A DNA stretch of 64,000 nt from Coprococcus sp. (GCA_017935345.1 JAGBHU010000052.1:5250-69249); one strand, 5' to 3'. Counted from the stretch's first letter, positions 29,199-39,098 are shown. Numbers and translations: made by a program. The notes: a model not told the origin generated them from the letters alone.

Positions 29199-29654
29199 AT
29201 GAGTTATGAGAAAAAAGTAAAAAAAGATTTTGAAGAAAATATCAATCTTGAAGAAATCATGCGTAAAATAAAAGAGCTTAGAAAGGATAACGGATTTATC
29301 AAATATATGGGGATTGAATACCTTGAGTGCGGACCGGGAACTGCGAAGGGCAGATTGCGGCTGGATGAAAATATAAAAAATCCCTTTGGCGGCGTACATG
29401 GCGGATGTATATTTTCTTTGGCAGATACCATTGGCGGAACTGCGGCGATGACAAGAGGAAATTATGTTACTACACTGTCAGGTTCGGTGGAATACTTAAG
29501 ACCGCCGAAGGATACCGAGTTTATCTATGCAGAGGCAGAGGAAATTAAAAACGGCAGAACCATATCCGTGTATGATGTATATATAACAAATGATGACGGA
29601 AAAAAGCTGGCAAAGGTAACGCTTAGCTTTTTTAAACTGGGAACTATTCAGTAA
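29199..29654 (+). CDS. PaaI-family hotdog-fold thioesterase
   Basis: 151 aa; FGGVHGGCIFSLADTIGG motif. Confidence 0.8.
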   Translation: MSYEKKVKKDFEENINLEEIMRKIKELRKDNGFIKYMGIEYLECGPGTAKGRLRLDENIKNPFGGVHGGCIFSLADTIGGTAAMTRGNYVTTLSGSVEYLRPPKDTEFIYAEAEEIKNGRTISVYDVYITNDDGKKLAKVTLSFFKLGTIQ

Positions 29655-29788
29655 GCAGATTTTATCATATTAAATGAATGCGAAATTACTTTGTTTTGTT
29701 GAAATGGGTTACAAAAAATGATAAAATAGCTGTTATGTTGACATTGTGCAGATAATTGTTTTGATTATCGGTATTTGGAGGTTTTTAT

Positions 29789-30568
29789 ATGGAAAACGGT
29801 AAAGCAAAACAGCTTTTAGATAAGATACAGATGCTTGTTGAAGAAGGACAGAATGTTCCGTTTGCAGCAGGCAAAACGCTTGTAAATAAAGATGAAATGC
29901 TTGAGATTGTCGAGGAATTAAAGACAACGATAGATATAGAGCTGAAGGCTTATCACGAGATTACGGATAAGCGAAGCAAGATTATAAAGGAAGCGAATAA
30001 AGAGGCGGAGGAGATTATCCTTGAAGCGGAGGAAACCGCCTCGCGAATAAGACTCAGTAAGCCGAGTCCGCTTTTGGTTTCAAGAAAGGTTAAGAATCTG
30101 AATAAGCAGGATAAGATGGCACTCAGAACGGCAAATGAGATTTATGCGGCGTCGATTATCTATACAAACGAGATGCTGATGGAGGTAAATGAGTCTGTCA
30201 GACAGGCATACAATATGATTAGTATGGAGACGGACAGAGTTCTTGATTCCCTGAGGAAGAAGTCTGAGATCATTGAACAGAATAAGCGGGAGCTTATGGA
30301 TGGTCTTATGGATATGAAAAAGCAGGAGCGATATGCAGATATTCTTGAAATAAGTCAGTTGCTTGCAAATGAAATTTATTATGAGAAGAATAAGGCAAAA
30401 GAGGATGAACAGGAAGAGTCGGCAGAGCAGCCTGAAGTTGTCCAGTGGGAGTTTGACTTTGAAGAAAAGAAAGAAGAAAATCCGATTCGTGTTAAGGCGG
30501 CAAAGACACACCCGCTTGGAGAACGACCACCTGTACCGATTGATGATACGATAGATGACGGTTTTTAA
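29789..30568 (+). CDS. hypothetical coiled-coil protein
   Basis: 259 aa, strongly charged/helical, acidic C-terminus; no family recognised; directly upstream of pspA. Confidence 0.45.
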   Translation: MENGKAKQLLDKIQMLVEEGQNVPFAAGKTLVNKDEMLEIVEELKTTIDIELKAYHEITDKRSKIIKEANKEAEEIILEAEETASRIRLSKPSPLLVSRKVKNLNKQDKMALRTANEIYAASIIYTNEMLMEVNESVRQAYNMISMETDRVLDSLRKKSEIIEQNKRELMDGLMDMKKQERYADILEISQLLANEIYYEKNKAKEDEQEESAEQPEVVQWEFDFEEKKEENPIRVKAAKTHPLGERPPVPIDDTIDDGF

Positions 30569-30794
30569 ATATTTGATGACAGTGTGGCTGATGACGTTTC
30601 GGCTGTTTAATGATGCATGGCGTGAACGAAAGAATCGGTTAAGGAGGAAATATGTTTACGATAAGATAAGTAAATTGCCATGTCAAGTGTATTGATAAGG
30701 GATAAAACGTATTGTATAATGAACGGGTAACAAATGAATCAGTGAAAACTGATTGGGATAATATATCGGCGGGACCGAACAGGAGGTATTAAGA

Positions 30795-31475
30795 ATGGGT
30801 ATTTTAAAGAGATTTAGAGACATTATGTCAGCGAACATTAACGCACTGCTGGATAAGGCAGAAGACCCTGAGAAGATGATTGACCAGTACATGAGGGATT
30901 TGCAGGAAGACCTTAGAAATGTGAAGTCAGAAACGGCTACCATTATGGCGGAGGAGCAGAGATGCAAGAGACAGCTTGCGGAATGTGATGCAGAGATTGC
31001 AAAGATGCAGAATTATGCAGAGAAGGCACTTCTTGCAGGCAATGAAGGAGATGCAATGAAGTTCCTTGAGAAGAAGAATCAGCTTGTACAGAAGCAGGTT
31101 CCACTTCAGCAGGCATATGATGTGGCGGCAGCAAATTCAGCCAAGATGAAACAGCTCCATGATAAGCTTACCAAGGATATGAACGACCTTAATGCAAGAA
31201 GAGATGCAATTAAGGCAAAGGTTCAGATTGCAAAGACTCAGGAAAAGATGAATAATATGATGGGCAGTGTGGCTGATACAGCCGGCTCAATGGCAGCTTT
31301 TGACAGAATGGAAGCGAAGGCGGACGCAATGCTTGATAAGGCAAGTGCAATGTCAGAGTTGAATTCCGTTGGTACGGATTCTATTGATGACCTTGCCAGT
31401 AAATATGATGCTGCACCAAGTGCTGACGTTCAGGATGAGCTTGCGGCATTAAAAGCAAAGATGGGTATTCAGTAG
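30795..31475 (+). CDS. pspA: PspA/IM30 family protein (phage-shock protein A / LiaH-like)
   Basis: 226 aa; N-terminal MGILKRFRDIMSANINALLDKAEDPEKMIDQYMRDLQE characteristic of PspA/IM30. Confidence 0.88.
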   Translation: MGILKRFRDIMSANINALLDKAEDPEKMIDQYMRDLQEDLRNVKSETATIMAEEQRCKRQLAECDAEIAKMQNYAEKALLAGNEGDAMKFLEKKNQLVQKQVPLQQAYDVAAANSAKMKQLHDKLTKDMNDLNARRDAIKAKVQIAKTQEKMNNMMGSVADTAGSMAAFDRMEAKADAMLDKASAMSELNSVGTDSIDDLASKYDAAPSADVQDELAALKAKMGIQ

Positions 31476-31516
31476 TAAAATCCCTTTGACAATGAGAAGG
31501 AACAGGAGGATTACGA

Positions 31517-32485
31517 ATGGGATTATTTTCAAATCAGTTTGCAAATGTAGTTGAATGGGAAGAATACAGAGATGATTTGTTATTCTGGAAATGGACAAAT
31601 AAAGAGATAAAGAAGGATTCAAAGCTGATTATCAAACCGGGACAGGATGCGATATTCCTTTATAACGGTATGATAGAAGGTATATTTACAGAATCGGGAA
31701 GCTATACGATTGATTCTCAGATTATTCCGTTCTTATCTACGCTGAAAGGCTTTAAATTTGGTTTCAATTCGGGCCTTCGTGCAGAAGTGTTGTTTATAAA
31801 CACAAAGGAATTTACCTGTAACTGGGGTACAAGTTCTCCTATCAGACTTGAGGCACCGGGACTTCCGGGTGGACTTCCTGTAAGGTCAAACGGTAAATTT
31901 TCATTTAAGATACATGATTATGATGTACTTATTGAGAAGGTTGCAGGAATCAAGCAGATGTTTACGGTGGATGATGTCCGTGACCGTATCAAGGGTATCC
32001 TTGACGGACTTCTGATGAAGTGGATTACACAGGTAGGCAAAGATGTATTCAACCTTATGGCAAATTCCACAGAGATTGCAAAGGGGATTCAGGAAGATTT
32101 GGATATGGAGCTTATCGGAATCGGTCTTACGATTACGGACTTCAGAATCAGCGAGTTTACATATCCTGAGAATATAGCAAAACGTGCAGATCAGGCTGCA
32201 GAATATACAATGCTTGGAGATATGAACAAATTTCAGCAGGTCAATATGGTTGATGCCATGACAGGCAAAGGCGGAAAGACCAATACGACAGCTTCAGATA
32301 TGGCAGGAGCCATGGTGGGTATGCAGATGGGAATGATGATGGCAAACCAAATGACAGGCAATATGGCAAATAATATGTCAAATGCAGGTGCGTCAGACGG
32401 AGCGGCACCAAAGTTCTGTCCAAACTGCGGAACACCGACAAACGGAGCCAAGTTCTGCGGAAATTGTGGTACAAAGTTGATGTAA
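31517..32485 (+). CDS. SPFH/band-7-like domain protein (YdjI-like) with C-terminal double zinc ribbon
   Basis: 322 aa; SPFH-like core; Gly/Met-rich linker; CPNCG...CGNCG zinc ribbon at C-terminus; position after pspA mirrors B. subtilis pspA-ydjGHI. Confidence 0.65.
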   Translation: MGLFSNQFANVVEWEEYRDDLLFWKWTNKEIKKDSKLIIKPGQDAIFLYNGMIEGIFTESGSYTIDSQIIPFLSTLKGFKFGFNSGLRAEVLFINTKEFTCNWGTSSPIRLEAPGLPGGLPVRSNGKFSFKIHDYDVLIEKVAGIKQMFTVDDVRDRIKGILDGLLMKWITQVGKDVFNLMANSTEIAKGIQEDLDMELIGIGLTITDFRISEFTYPENIAKRADQAAEYTMLGDMNKFQQVNMVDAMTGKGGKTNTTASDMAGAMVGMQMGMMMANQMTGNMANNMSNAGASDGAAPKFCPNCGTPTNGAKFCGNCGTKLM

Positions 32486-32706
32486 CCGAGTTACTTTTTA
32501 TGTATCGTTTGAGATTTTTATAATAGGTTTTTACAAGAATGTGCCGTATATGATATACGAAGCAGGCAGATAAAAGCTGCTGTAGTGTATAGGATGACGG
32601 CACATTTATTGTTGTCGTACAAATGAAGATAACAGGCGGAAGGAAATGCTGTAGACGGAACAGTACAGAATATTATATAAGAATGGCAGGAGTACAAGGA
32701 GGATAA

Positions 32707-34998
32707 ATGGCTGGATTAAATGATATGCAGGATGTAGCATGCAGGCATGTGGATGGACCGCTTTTGATATTGGCAGGTGCCGGTTCAGGAAAAACAAGAG
32801 TAATAACCCATCGGGTAGCGTATCTTATGGCGCATGAAGGTATCAATCCGTATCATATACTTGCCATAACATTTACAAATAAAGCGGCGATGGAGATGCG
32901 GGAGAGAGTAAATAATATAGTAGGGGAAGGCGCTGAACGTGTATGGGTCAGTACCTTTCATTCCATGTGTGTGCGTATACTCCGCAGATTTGCAGACCGA
33001 TTGGATTATGATTTGAATTTTAATATATATGACAGTGATGATACGAAAACGGCAATAAAAGCAATATTAAAAGATTTGCAGATAGATTCAAAAAAGTATC
33101 CTGAGAAGATGTTTATGGCGGAAATATCAAAAGCAAAAGAAAAATATTTATCGCCGGATGAATATAGTCGTATAAATGCTGCTGATTATGCAAAAACTAA
33201 AGTAGCCGAGGTTTATAGAGAATATGCATTGAGACTTAAGAAATTTAATGCTTTTGATTTTGATGACCTGATATATAAGACGGTTGAATTATTTGAGCAT
33301 CATCCCGATGTGCTTGAAAACTATCAGGAAAGATTCAGATATATTATGGTTGATGAGTATCAGGATACAAATCATATACAGTTTTTATTAGTGAAGCTGT
33401 TGGCAAAAAAGTATCGCAATTTGTGTGTGGTTGGTGATGACGACCAGTCCATATATAAATTTAGAGGAGCCAATATAACGAATATACTGAATTTTGAACA
33501 GGAATACCCGGATGCGAAGGTAGTAAAGCTGGAGCAGAATTATCGTTCCTGCGGCAATATTCTTGATGCGGCAAATGCGGTAATAAAGCACAATGCAGGA
33601 AGAAAGGATAAGGCTCTTTGGACAGATAAGGAAAAGGGAGATAAGCTTGCTTTTACACAAAGTGATACGGAATATGAGGAAGCTGACAGGGTGGCAATGG
33701 AGATCGCAAAGCTGACTGCGCTGGGAGCGGCATGCAGTGATATTGCTGTTTTATACAGGACAAATGCACAGTCCCGTGTGCTTGGTGAGAAATTGGTTAT
33801 GAGAAATATTCCATATAAGGTATATGGGGGAACCACCTTCTATGAAAGACGCGAGATAAAGGATATGCTGGCATATCTTAAAGTTATCAATAATACGTCT
33901 GATGATACTTATGTAAAGAGAATCATCAATGTACCGAAAAGGGGAATCGGTGATACCACGGTAGGCAGGCTGGAAATATTTGCTTCCGTCAATGGAATGT
34001 CTATGATTGATGCGATGGAAAGAGCAGGTGAAATTCCGGGAATCAGTGGAAAAACTGCTGCAAAGATAAATGAATTTTATACGCTTATCAAGGGCTATAG
34101 GAATATGGTGTATGACCATGAGCCAATATCCGTTTTGTACGACAGAATCCTTGAAGATACGGGCTATGAAGAGCAGCTGATAGCAGAGCATACGGATGAA
34201 TCCATGACAAGACTGGAAAATCTGGACGAGCTTAGAAATAAGGTGGTACTTTTTGAAGAGGATCATGAGGAAGCGACACTTAGTGGTTTCCTTGAAGATA
34301 TTGCACTGGTATCTGACCTTGACAATTTGAATACAGGCGATAATGTTGTAAAGCTTATGACACTTCATAGTGCCAAGGGATTGGAATTTCCATATGTATT
34401 TATCTGTGGTATGGAGGAGCGAATCTTTCCAAGCGGAATGGCACTGAATTCAGAGGATGAAGATGCACTTGAAGAGGAACGGAGACTTTGTTATGTAGGA
34501 ATAACAAGGGCGATGAAGAAGCTTTATATGAGTGCTGCCCGTTGCCGTATGATGCATGGGAACCATAACTATAATGAGATATCAAGATTTATCAGAGAGA
34601 TTCCGCCTATGCTGTTTGAACATTCTGAAGACATGGATAGAATGAACAGGCGGCATGAGGAGAGTGTTCAACGAAATAATGAGGTCAATAACGGATATAC
34701 ATATGGCAGGAGTAATGGGTATATAGGCAAGTCATATGGTAATAATAATCCGTATAAAAGGAGCACCACATATGGCAGCTCGCCACAGACAAAGCCTTCC
34801 TTTGGCAAGGAGTTTGTTGTAAATAAAGAAACTCAGATTGATTATCAAGAGGGAGACAGAGTCCGTCATATGAAATATGGTGCAGGAACAGTTATTTCAG
34901 TTGTACAGGGTGGAAGAGATTATGAGGTAGCTGTAGATTTTGACAGATGCGGCATTAGAAAGATGTTTGCTTCGTTTGCCAAACTAAAGAAATTGTAA
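32707..34998 (+). CDS. pcrA: ATP-dependent DNA helicase PcrA (UvrD family)
   Basis: 763 aa; Walker A AGAGSGKT, helicase motifs DEYQDT, VGDDDQSIYKFRGA, TLHSAKGLEF; C-terminal Tudor-like DYQEGDRVRHMKYGAGTV. Confidence 0.92.
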   Translation: MAGLNDMQDVACRHVDGPLLILAGAGSGKTRVITHRVAYLMAHEGINPYHILAITFTNKAAMEMRERVNNIVGEGAERVWVSTFHSMCVRILRRFADRLDYDLNFNIYDSDDTKTAIKAILKDLQIDSKKYPEKMFMAEISKAKEKYLSPDEYSRINAADYAKTKVAEVYREYALRLKKFNAFDFDDLIYKTVELFEHHPDVLENYQERFRYIMVDEYQDTNHIQFLLVKLLAKKYRNLCVVGDDDQSIYKFRGANITNILNFEQEYPDAKVVKLEQNYRSCGNILDAANAVIKHNAGRKDKALWTDKEKGDKLAFTQSDTEYEEADRVAMEIAKLTALGAACSDIAVLYRTNAQSRVLGEKLVMRNIPYKVYGGTTFYERREIKDMLAYLKVINNTSDDTYVKRIINVPKRGIGDTTVGRLEIFASVNGMSMIDAMERAGEIPGISGKTAAKINEFYTLIKGYRNMVYDHEPISVLYDRILEDTGYEEQLIAEHTDESMTRLENLDELRNKVVLFEEDHEEATLSGFLEDIALVSDLDNLNTGDNVVKLMTLHSAKGLEFPYVFICGMEERIFPSGMALNSEDEDALEEERRLCYVGITRAMKKLYMSAARCRMMHGNHNYNEISRFIREIPPMLFEHSEDMDRMNRRHEESVQRNNEVNNGYTYGRSNGYIGKSYGNNNPYKRSTTYGSSPQTKPSFGKEFVVNKETQIDYQEGDRVRHMKYGAGTVISVVQGGRDYEVAVDFDRCGIRKMFASFAKLKKL

Positions 34999-35091
34999 TA
35001 TGCTATGGAAATATTTGTAGAGATGTGTTATAATTTCAATATCTGTGAAACCCATGAGCATTGGGAATAAAAAGAAAGGGTGGATTTTACA

Positions 35092-35358
35092 ATGAAAAAT
35101 AATGATGTAATCTTAGTAAAGGGTGAACCGGTTGAGGAGAAGGCAAAAGGTACCTTATTTGTAATTCTTACAATTATTGGTGCGATTGCAGCAATTGCAG
35201 GTATTGCATATGCAGTATATTCCTATCTGACACCTGATTTCCTTGATGACTTCGATGATGACTTTGATGATGATTTCGATGATGACTTCTTTGATGATGA
35301 CGAGGACGAAGATGAGGCAGAAGAAGAGAAGGCTGAAACAGAGACTGTTGCTGAATAA
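35092..35358 (+). CDS. small membrane protein with poly-acidic DDFDDDF tail
   Basis: ORF 35080-35358; start at MKNNDV (AAAGGGTGG RBS); one TM (LFVILTIIGAIAAIAGIAYAVY) then (DDFD)n-EDEDE tail. Confidence 0.45.
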   Translation: MKNNDVILVKGEPVEEKAKGTLFVILTIIGAIAAIAGIAYAVYSYLTPDFLDDFDDDFDDDFDDDFFDDDEDEDEAEEEKAETETVAE

Positions 35359-35455
35359 TCAAAGAATATTGGCATATGCTTTGAAGGCAGAGGTTTATAA
35401 GGATATAAAGAGCAGGTGCATAAATGTATCTGCTCTTTATCATGGGGTAATATAG

Positions 35456-36031
35456 ATGGCAGGAAGAACTACAACAGCCGAAGACAGAAGAATGCAGATG
35501 TTAAAGCTGCTTACAAAGGCCAATGAGCCGATATCAGGAGCGGAACTTTCATCACAGTTTGGTGTAAGCAGACAGATAATTGTACAGGATATTGCCATAT
35601 TGAGAGCGGCAGAATATGATATTATATCCACAAATAAGGGATATGTATTATTGAATAAGGGGCTTACCGAGCGAACTTTCAAGGTGCGCCATAGTGCCGA
35701 GAAGGTAGGAGACGAATTGTACACGATAGTGGATTTGGGTGGAAAGGTATGTGATGTGTTTGTATATCACAGAATATATGGTGTTATAAAAGCACCGATG
35801 AGTATCAAAACGAGAAAAGATGTGTATGAATATCTGAAAACCCTGAGCAGTGGTATTTCCTCACCGCTTCTTACAATTACTGACAACTACCATTATCATA
35901 CGGTTCAGGCTGAAAGTGAAGAAGTATTGGATAAAATACAGGCTGTACTGAAGGAAAAAGGGTATTTGGCAGAACTTAGAGATTATGAGCCGGTAGATTT
36001 CTGGACAAATAGAAAAGAAAAAGAGCAGTAA
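35456..36031 (+). CDS. nadR: transcription repressor NadR/NiaR (HTH + 3H domain)
   Basis: 191 aa; N-terminal HTH (RRMQMLKLLTKANEPISGAELSSQFGVSRQIIVQDIAIL) and 3H-domain C-terminus. Confidence 0.85.
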   Translation: MAGRTTTAEDRRMQMLKLLTKANEPISGAELSSQFGVSRQIIVQDIAILRAAEYDIISTNKGYVLLNKGLTERTFKVRHSAEKVGDELYTIVDLGGKVCDVFVYHRIYGVIKAPMSIKTRKDVYEYLKTLSSGISSPLLTITDNYHYHTVQAESEEVLDKIQAVLKEKGYLAELRDYEPVDFWTNRKEKEQ

Positions 36032-36045
36032 TGCTCTTTTTTTAA

Positions 36046-36125
36046 TGCGGATAACAGGAATCGAACCTGCACCCCGAAGGACTAGATCCTAAGTCTAGCG
36101 CGTCTGCCAGTTCCGCCATATCCGC
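36046..36125 (-). tRNA. tRNA-Leu (anticodon TAG)
   Basis: minus-strand cloverleaf GCGGAUA...anticodon loop CUUAGGA; long variable arm; 80 nt; no encoded CCA. Confidence 0.85.
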
Positions 36126-36198
36126 AAATATAGGATTGGTATGGAAATAATAAAATCCATTGAAAAAAAGAAACCCTCATAAAAGAGGATAAATAAAA

Positions 36199-36271
36199 AT
36201 GAGCCATCGGGGACTCGAACCCCGGACAACTTGATTAAAAGTCAAGTGCTCTACCACCTGAGCTAATGGCC
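36199..36271 (-). tRNA. tRNA-Lys (anticodon TTT)
   Basis: GGGCCAUUAGCUCAGGUGGUAGAGC...anticodon loop CUUUUAA...GGUUCGAGUCC. Confidence 0.88.
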
Positions 36272-36289
36272 CATAATATTCAGTTTTTG

Positions 36290-36361
36290 ACTGGGCTAGC
36301 TGGATTCGAACCAGCGAATGCAGGAGTCAAAGTCCTGTGCCTTACCGCTTGGCGATAACCC
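36290..36361 (-). tRNA. tRNA-Gln (anticodon TTG)
   Basis: UGGGUUAUCGCCAAGCGGUAAGGC...anticodon loop CUUUGAC...GGUUCGAAUCC. Confidence 0.88.
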
Positions 36362-36393
36362 AATAGTATCGCTATATAGGCGATAAAGAGATA

Positions 36394-36468
36394 GGGTGGA
36401 TAGAGGGACTCGAACCCTCGGCCTCCAGAGCCACAATCTGGCGCGCTAGCCAACTGCGCCATACCCAC
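36394..36468 (-). tRNA. tRNA-His (anticodon GTG) with encoded G-1
   Basis: GGUGGGUAUGGCGCAGUUGG...anticodon loop UUGUGGC...GGUUCGAGUCC; extra 5' G pairs with C73. Confidence 0.88.
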
Positions 36469-36499
36469 CATATATTTATTAAAATGAATAAATAAAAAA

Positions 36500-36573
<74 letters not shown>

Positions 36574-36611
36574 ATTTTAATTTCCGCTATGCTAAATTAG
36601 CGAAAATAAAG

Positions 36612-36682
36612 AGCGGGTGATGGGAATCGAACCCACGTATCTAGCTTGGAAGGCTAGTGTTCTACCATTGAACTACACCCGC
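36612..36682 (-). tRNA. tRNA-Gly (anticodon TCC)
   Basis: GCGGGUGUAGUUCAAUGGUAGAAC...anticodon loop CUUCCAA...GGUUCGAUUCC. Confidence 0.88.
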
Positions 36683-36712
36683 ATAATTGCTTAACAGTGT
36701 TTAGATTATAAG

Positions 36713-36787
36713 TCGGGGTGACAGGATTCGAACCTGCGACCTCTTGATCCCAAATCAAGCGCTCTAGCCAAGCTGAGCCACACCCCG
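36713..36787 (-). tRNA. tRNA-Pro (anticodon TGG)
   Basis: CGGGGUGUGGCUCAGCUUGGCUAGAGC...anticodon loop UUUGGGA...GGUUCGAAUCC. Confidence 0.88.
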
Positions 36788-37051
36788 AGAGACGCATTTC
36801 CCATAACTTTTTTAAGCCATATCTTTGACGCAAGACCTATTATATATAAACAAATCCTTGTTGTCAACAACTATTTTTATTTCATTTAAAATTTTTTCAT
36901 AATCTCTAATTTGATATTCAAATATAGCTATGGTATTATATGGAATATGTGATTTTCAATTTATGATTGCGGATTGCATTTGGGGGAATGTAAGACAGTG
37001 GTAATTACAGCTGCCTGTTACAATATATTGTTGGAAAAGAGATATGTATAT

Positions 37052-37996
37052 ATGAGCAATTTTATTTTTAGCATCAACGCAACAATTCCTATTTTCCTTT
37101 TAATCTTACTGGGCTGGGGTTTGTTGAAAATCAATTTAATTACAAAGGAATTTGCAGATGTTGCAGATAAATATGTATTTAAGGTAGCACTTCCCGTAAT
37201 GCTGTTTAAGGATATTGCAACAACCTCCATATTAAAAGATATCAATATGGGTTTTGTGTTGTTTTGCTTCTTTGGCACGATGATTATGTTTATGGGTGTG
37301 TGGATTTTTGCCAGACTTTATTGTAAAGATAAAAGTATGGTTGGGGCATTTGCCCAAGGGGCTGCAAGGAGCAGTGCGGCTATTCTGGGAGTGGCATTCG
37401 TGGAAAATATATGTGGCAGTGTAGGAATGGCGCCGATAATGATCGTAGCGGCAGTACCGTTATTTAATATATTTTCGGTTATTATGCTTACATTTGGCGG
37501 TAATGACAGAACAAACGGCATTGCGGGCATTCAAAAGGCTTTTGTAAATATACTTAAAAATCCTATTATAATAGGAATTCTGCTTGGAATGCTTGTATCA
37601 GCACTGGATGTCCGAATTCCAGCCATACCGTTGAAAACGATAAATTATATCGCTCAGACGGCAACGCCAATAGCACTGATAGCGATTGGTGCCAATTTTA
37701 ATACGAAACAGGCATTAACCAGATTGAAACCTGCTGTTGTTGCTTCGATCATTAAGCTTGCCATACTTCCGGCAATATTTGTGCCTGTTGCAGTATTATT
37801 TGGGTTTAATGCCGATGAAATAGTGGCTATACTGATTATGACGGGTTCTCCGGCAACGGTATCGGGTTATATCATGGCAAAAAATATGAATAATGATGCG
37901 GTGCTTTCTTCAAATATCATTTTGCTTACAACCTTGCTTTCTTCCGTTACATTGACGGCTTGGGTTTTTGTGTTGAAATCGCTGGGATATGTTTGA
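37052..37996 (+). CDS. AEC (auxin efflux carrier / malate permease-like) family transporter
   Basis: ORF 36974-37996; start at MSNFIFSINATIPIF (37052); about 10 TM with characteristic N- and C-terminal repeats. Confidence 0.8.
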   Translation: MSNFIFSINATIPIFLLILLGWGLLKINLITKEFADVADKYVFKVALPVMLFKDIATTSILKDINMGFVLFCFFGTMIMFMGVWIFARLYCKDKSMVGAFAQGAARSSAAILGVAFVENICGSVGMAPIMIVAAVPLFNIFSVIMLTFGGNDRTNGIAGIQKAFVNILKNPIIIGILLGMLVSALDVRIPAIPLKTINYIAQTATPIALIAIGANFNTKQALTRLKPAVVASIIKLAILPAIFVPVAVLFGFNADEIVAILIMTGSPATVSGYIMAKNMNNDAVLSSNIILLTTLLSSVTLTAWVFVLKSLGYV

Positions 37997-38114
37997 TGAA
38001 TCGTTAAGCGTGTTTAACGTAAGTAAATGCTTACGTTAACCTTCTTCAAATGTGGTTTATAGAAATTTACATATTGTATAGTTGGAAAATAAAATATAGG
38101 AGTGAAGGAAAAAA

Positions 38115-38573
38115 ATGGATAATATTGATTACAAAATACTGAAATGCTTAAAGGAGAATGCGAGACTGACTGCTTCTGCCATAAGCGAGGAAATTAATCT
38201 GTCTGTTTCGGCAGTGATAGAAAGAATAAAGAAAATGGAAACAGGCGGCATTATCAGAGGCTATACCATAGAAGTAGACCAGAAGAAGCTGGGGAATGAA
38301 ATGGTGGCTATCATGGAGGTGAGACTGAAGCATCCAAAATATTATGAAGAATTTGTCGGACTGATTAAACAGAATGACAGCATTGTTGCATGCTTTTATA
38401 TGACAGGTGATTTTGATTTTATTCTTAAGATCGTTACCGATTCGGCAGCAGGACTTGATGAAGTCTACAAATTTGTAAAAGGCTATGAAGGCGTATCGGC
38501 TACAGAAACTCATTTTGTATTAAAAACAGAAAAGGACGAAGTATCTGTTATTCCGGAGGGGGACAGATCATGA
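38115..38573 (+). CDS. Lrp/AsnC family transcriptional regulator
   Basis: 152 aa; N-terminal HTH (DYKILKCLKENARLTASAISEEINLSVSAVIERIKKME) and RAM domain. Confidence 0.88.
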   Translation: MDNIDYKILKCLKENARLTASAISEEINLSVSAVIERIKKMETGGIIRGYTIEVDQKKLGNEMVAIMEVRLKHPKYYEEFVGLIKQNDSIVACFYMTGDFDFILKIVTDSAAGLDEVYKFVKGYEGVSATETHFVLKTEKDEVSVIPEGDRS

Positions 38574-39079
38574 ACAATATTGTATTGACGGGTATGCCGA
38601 GCGCAGGCAAGAGCACCATAGGCGTTTTAATTGCAAAGGTACTGGGTTATGGTTTTGAGGATGCCGATTTATTAATACAGAAGAAATATGGTAAGCTGCT
38701 GTGTGAGCTTATAGCCGAATATGGTGATGCCGGTTTTTTGGAGATAGAAAATCAGGTGAATAGAGATGTGGATTTCACACATACTGTTATAGCAACCGGC
38801 GGCAGTGCAGTCTACTGTAAGGAAGCCATGGAGCAATATATGGCAAATGATATTGTGGTTTATATCAAGCTGCCGTTTGAGGAGATAGAGAGGCGGCTTG
38901 GCAATATAAAAAGAAGGGGTGTGGTTTTAAAGAAAGGGCAGACCTTAAAATCACTTTATGATGAAAGAACCCCGTTATATGAAAAATATGCCCATATTGT
39001 TGTAAATGCAGAGGGACTTGGTATAGAAGACCTGATGGATTCGATTGTAGGACTTTTGCTGATACACGAAAAATATTAG
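38570..39079 (+). CDS. aroK: shikimate kinase
   Basis: 169 aa; Walker A GMPSAGKST, shikimate-binding region FEDADLLIQ; 4 nt overlap with lrp stop. Confidence 0.88.
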   Translation: MNNIVLTGMPSAGKSTIGVLIAKVLGYGFEDADLLIQKKYGKLLCELIAEYGDAGFLEIENQVNRDVDFTHTVIATGGSAVYCKEAMEQYMANDIVVYIKLPFEEIERRLGNIKRRGVVLKKGQTLKSLYDERTPLYEKYAHIVVNAEGLGIEDLMDSIVGLLLIHEKY

Positions 39080-39098
39080 TAAGCATTCATTAGGAGGT

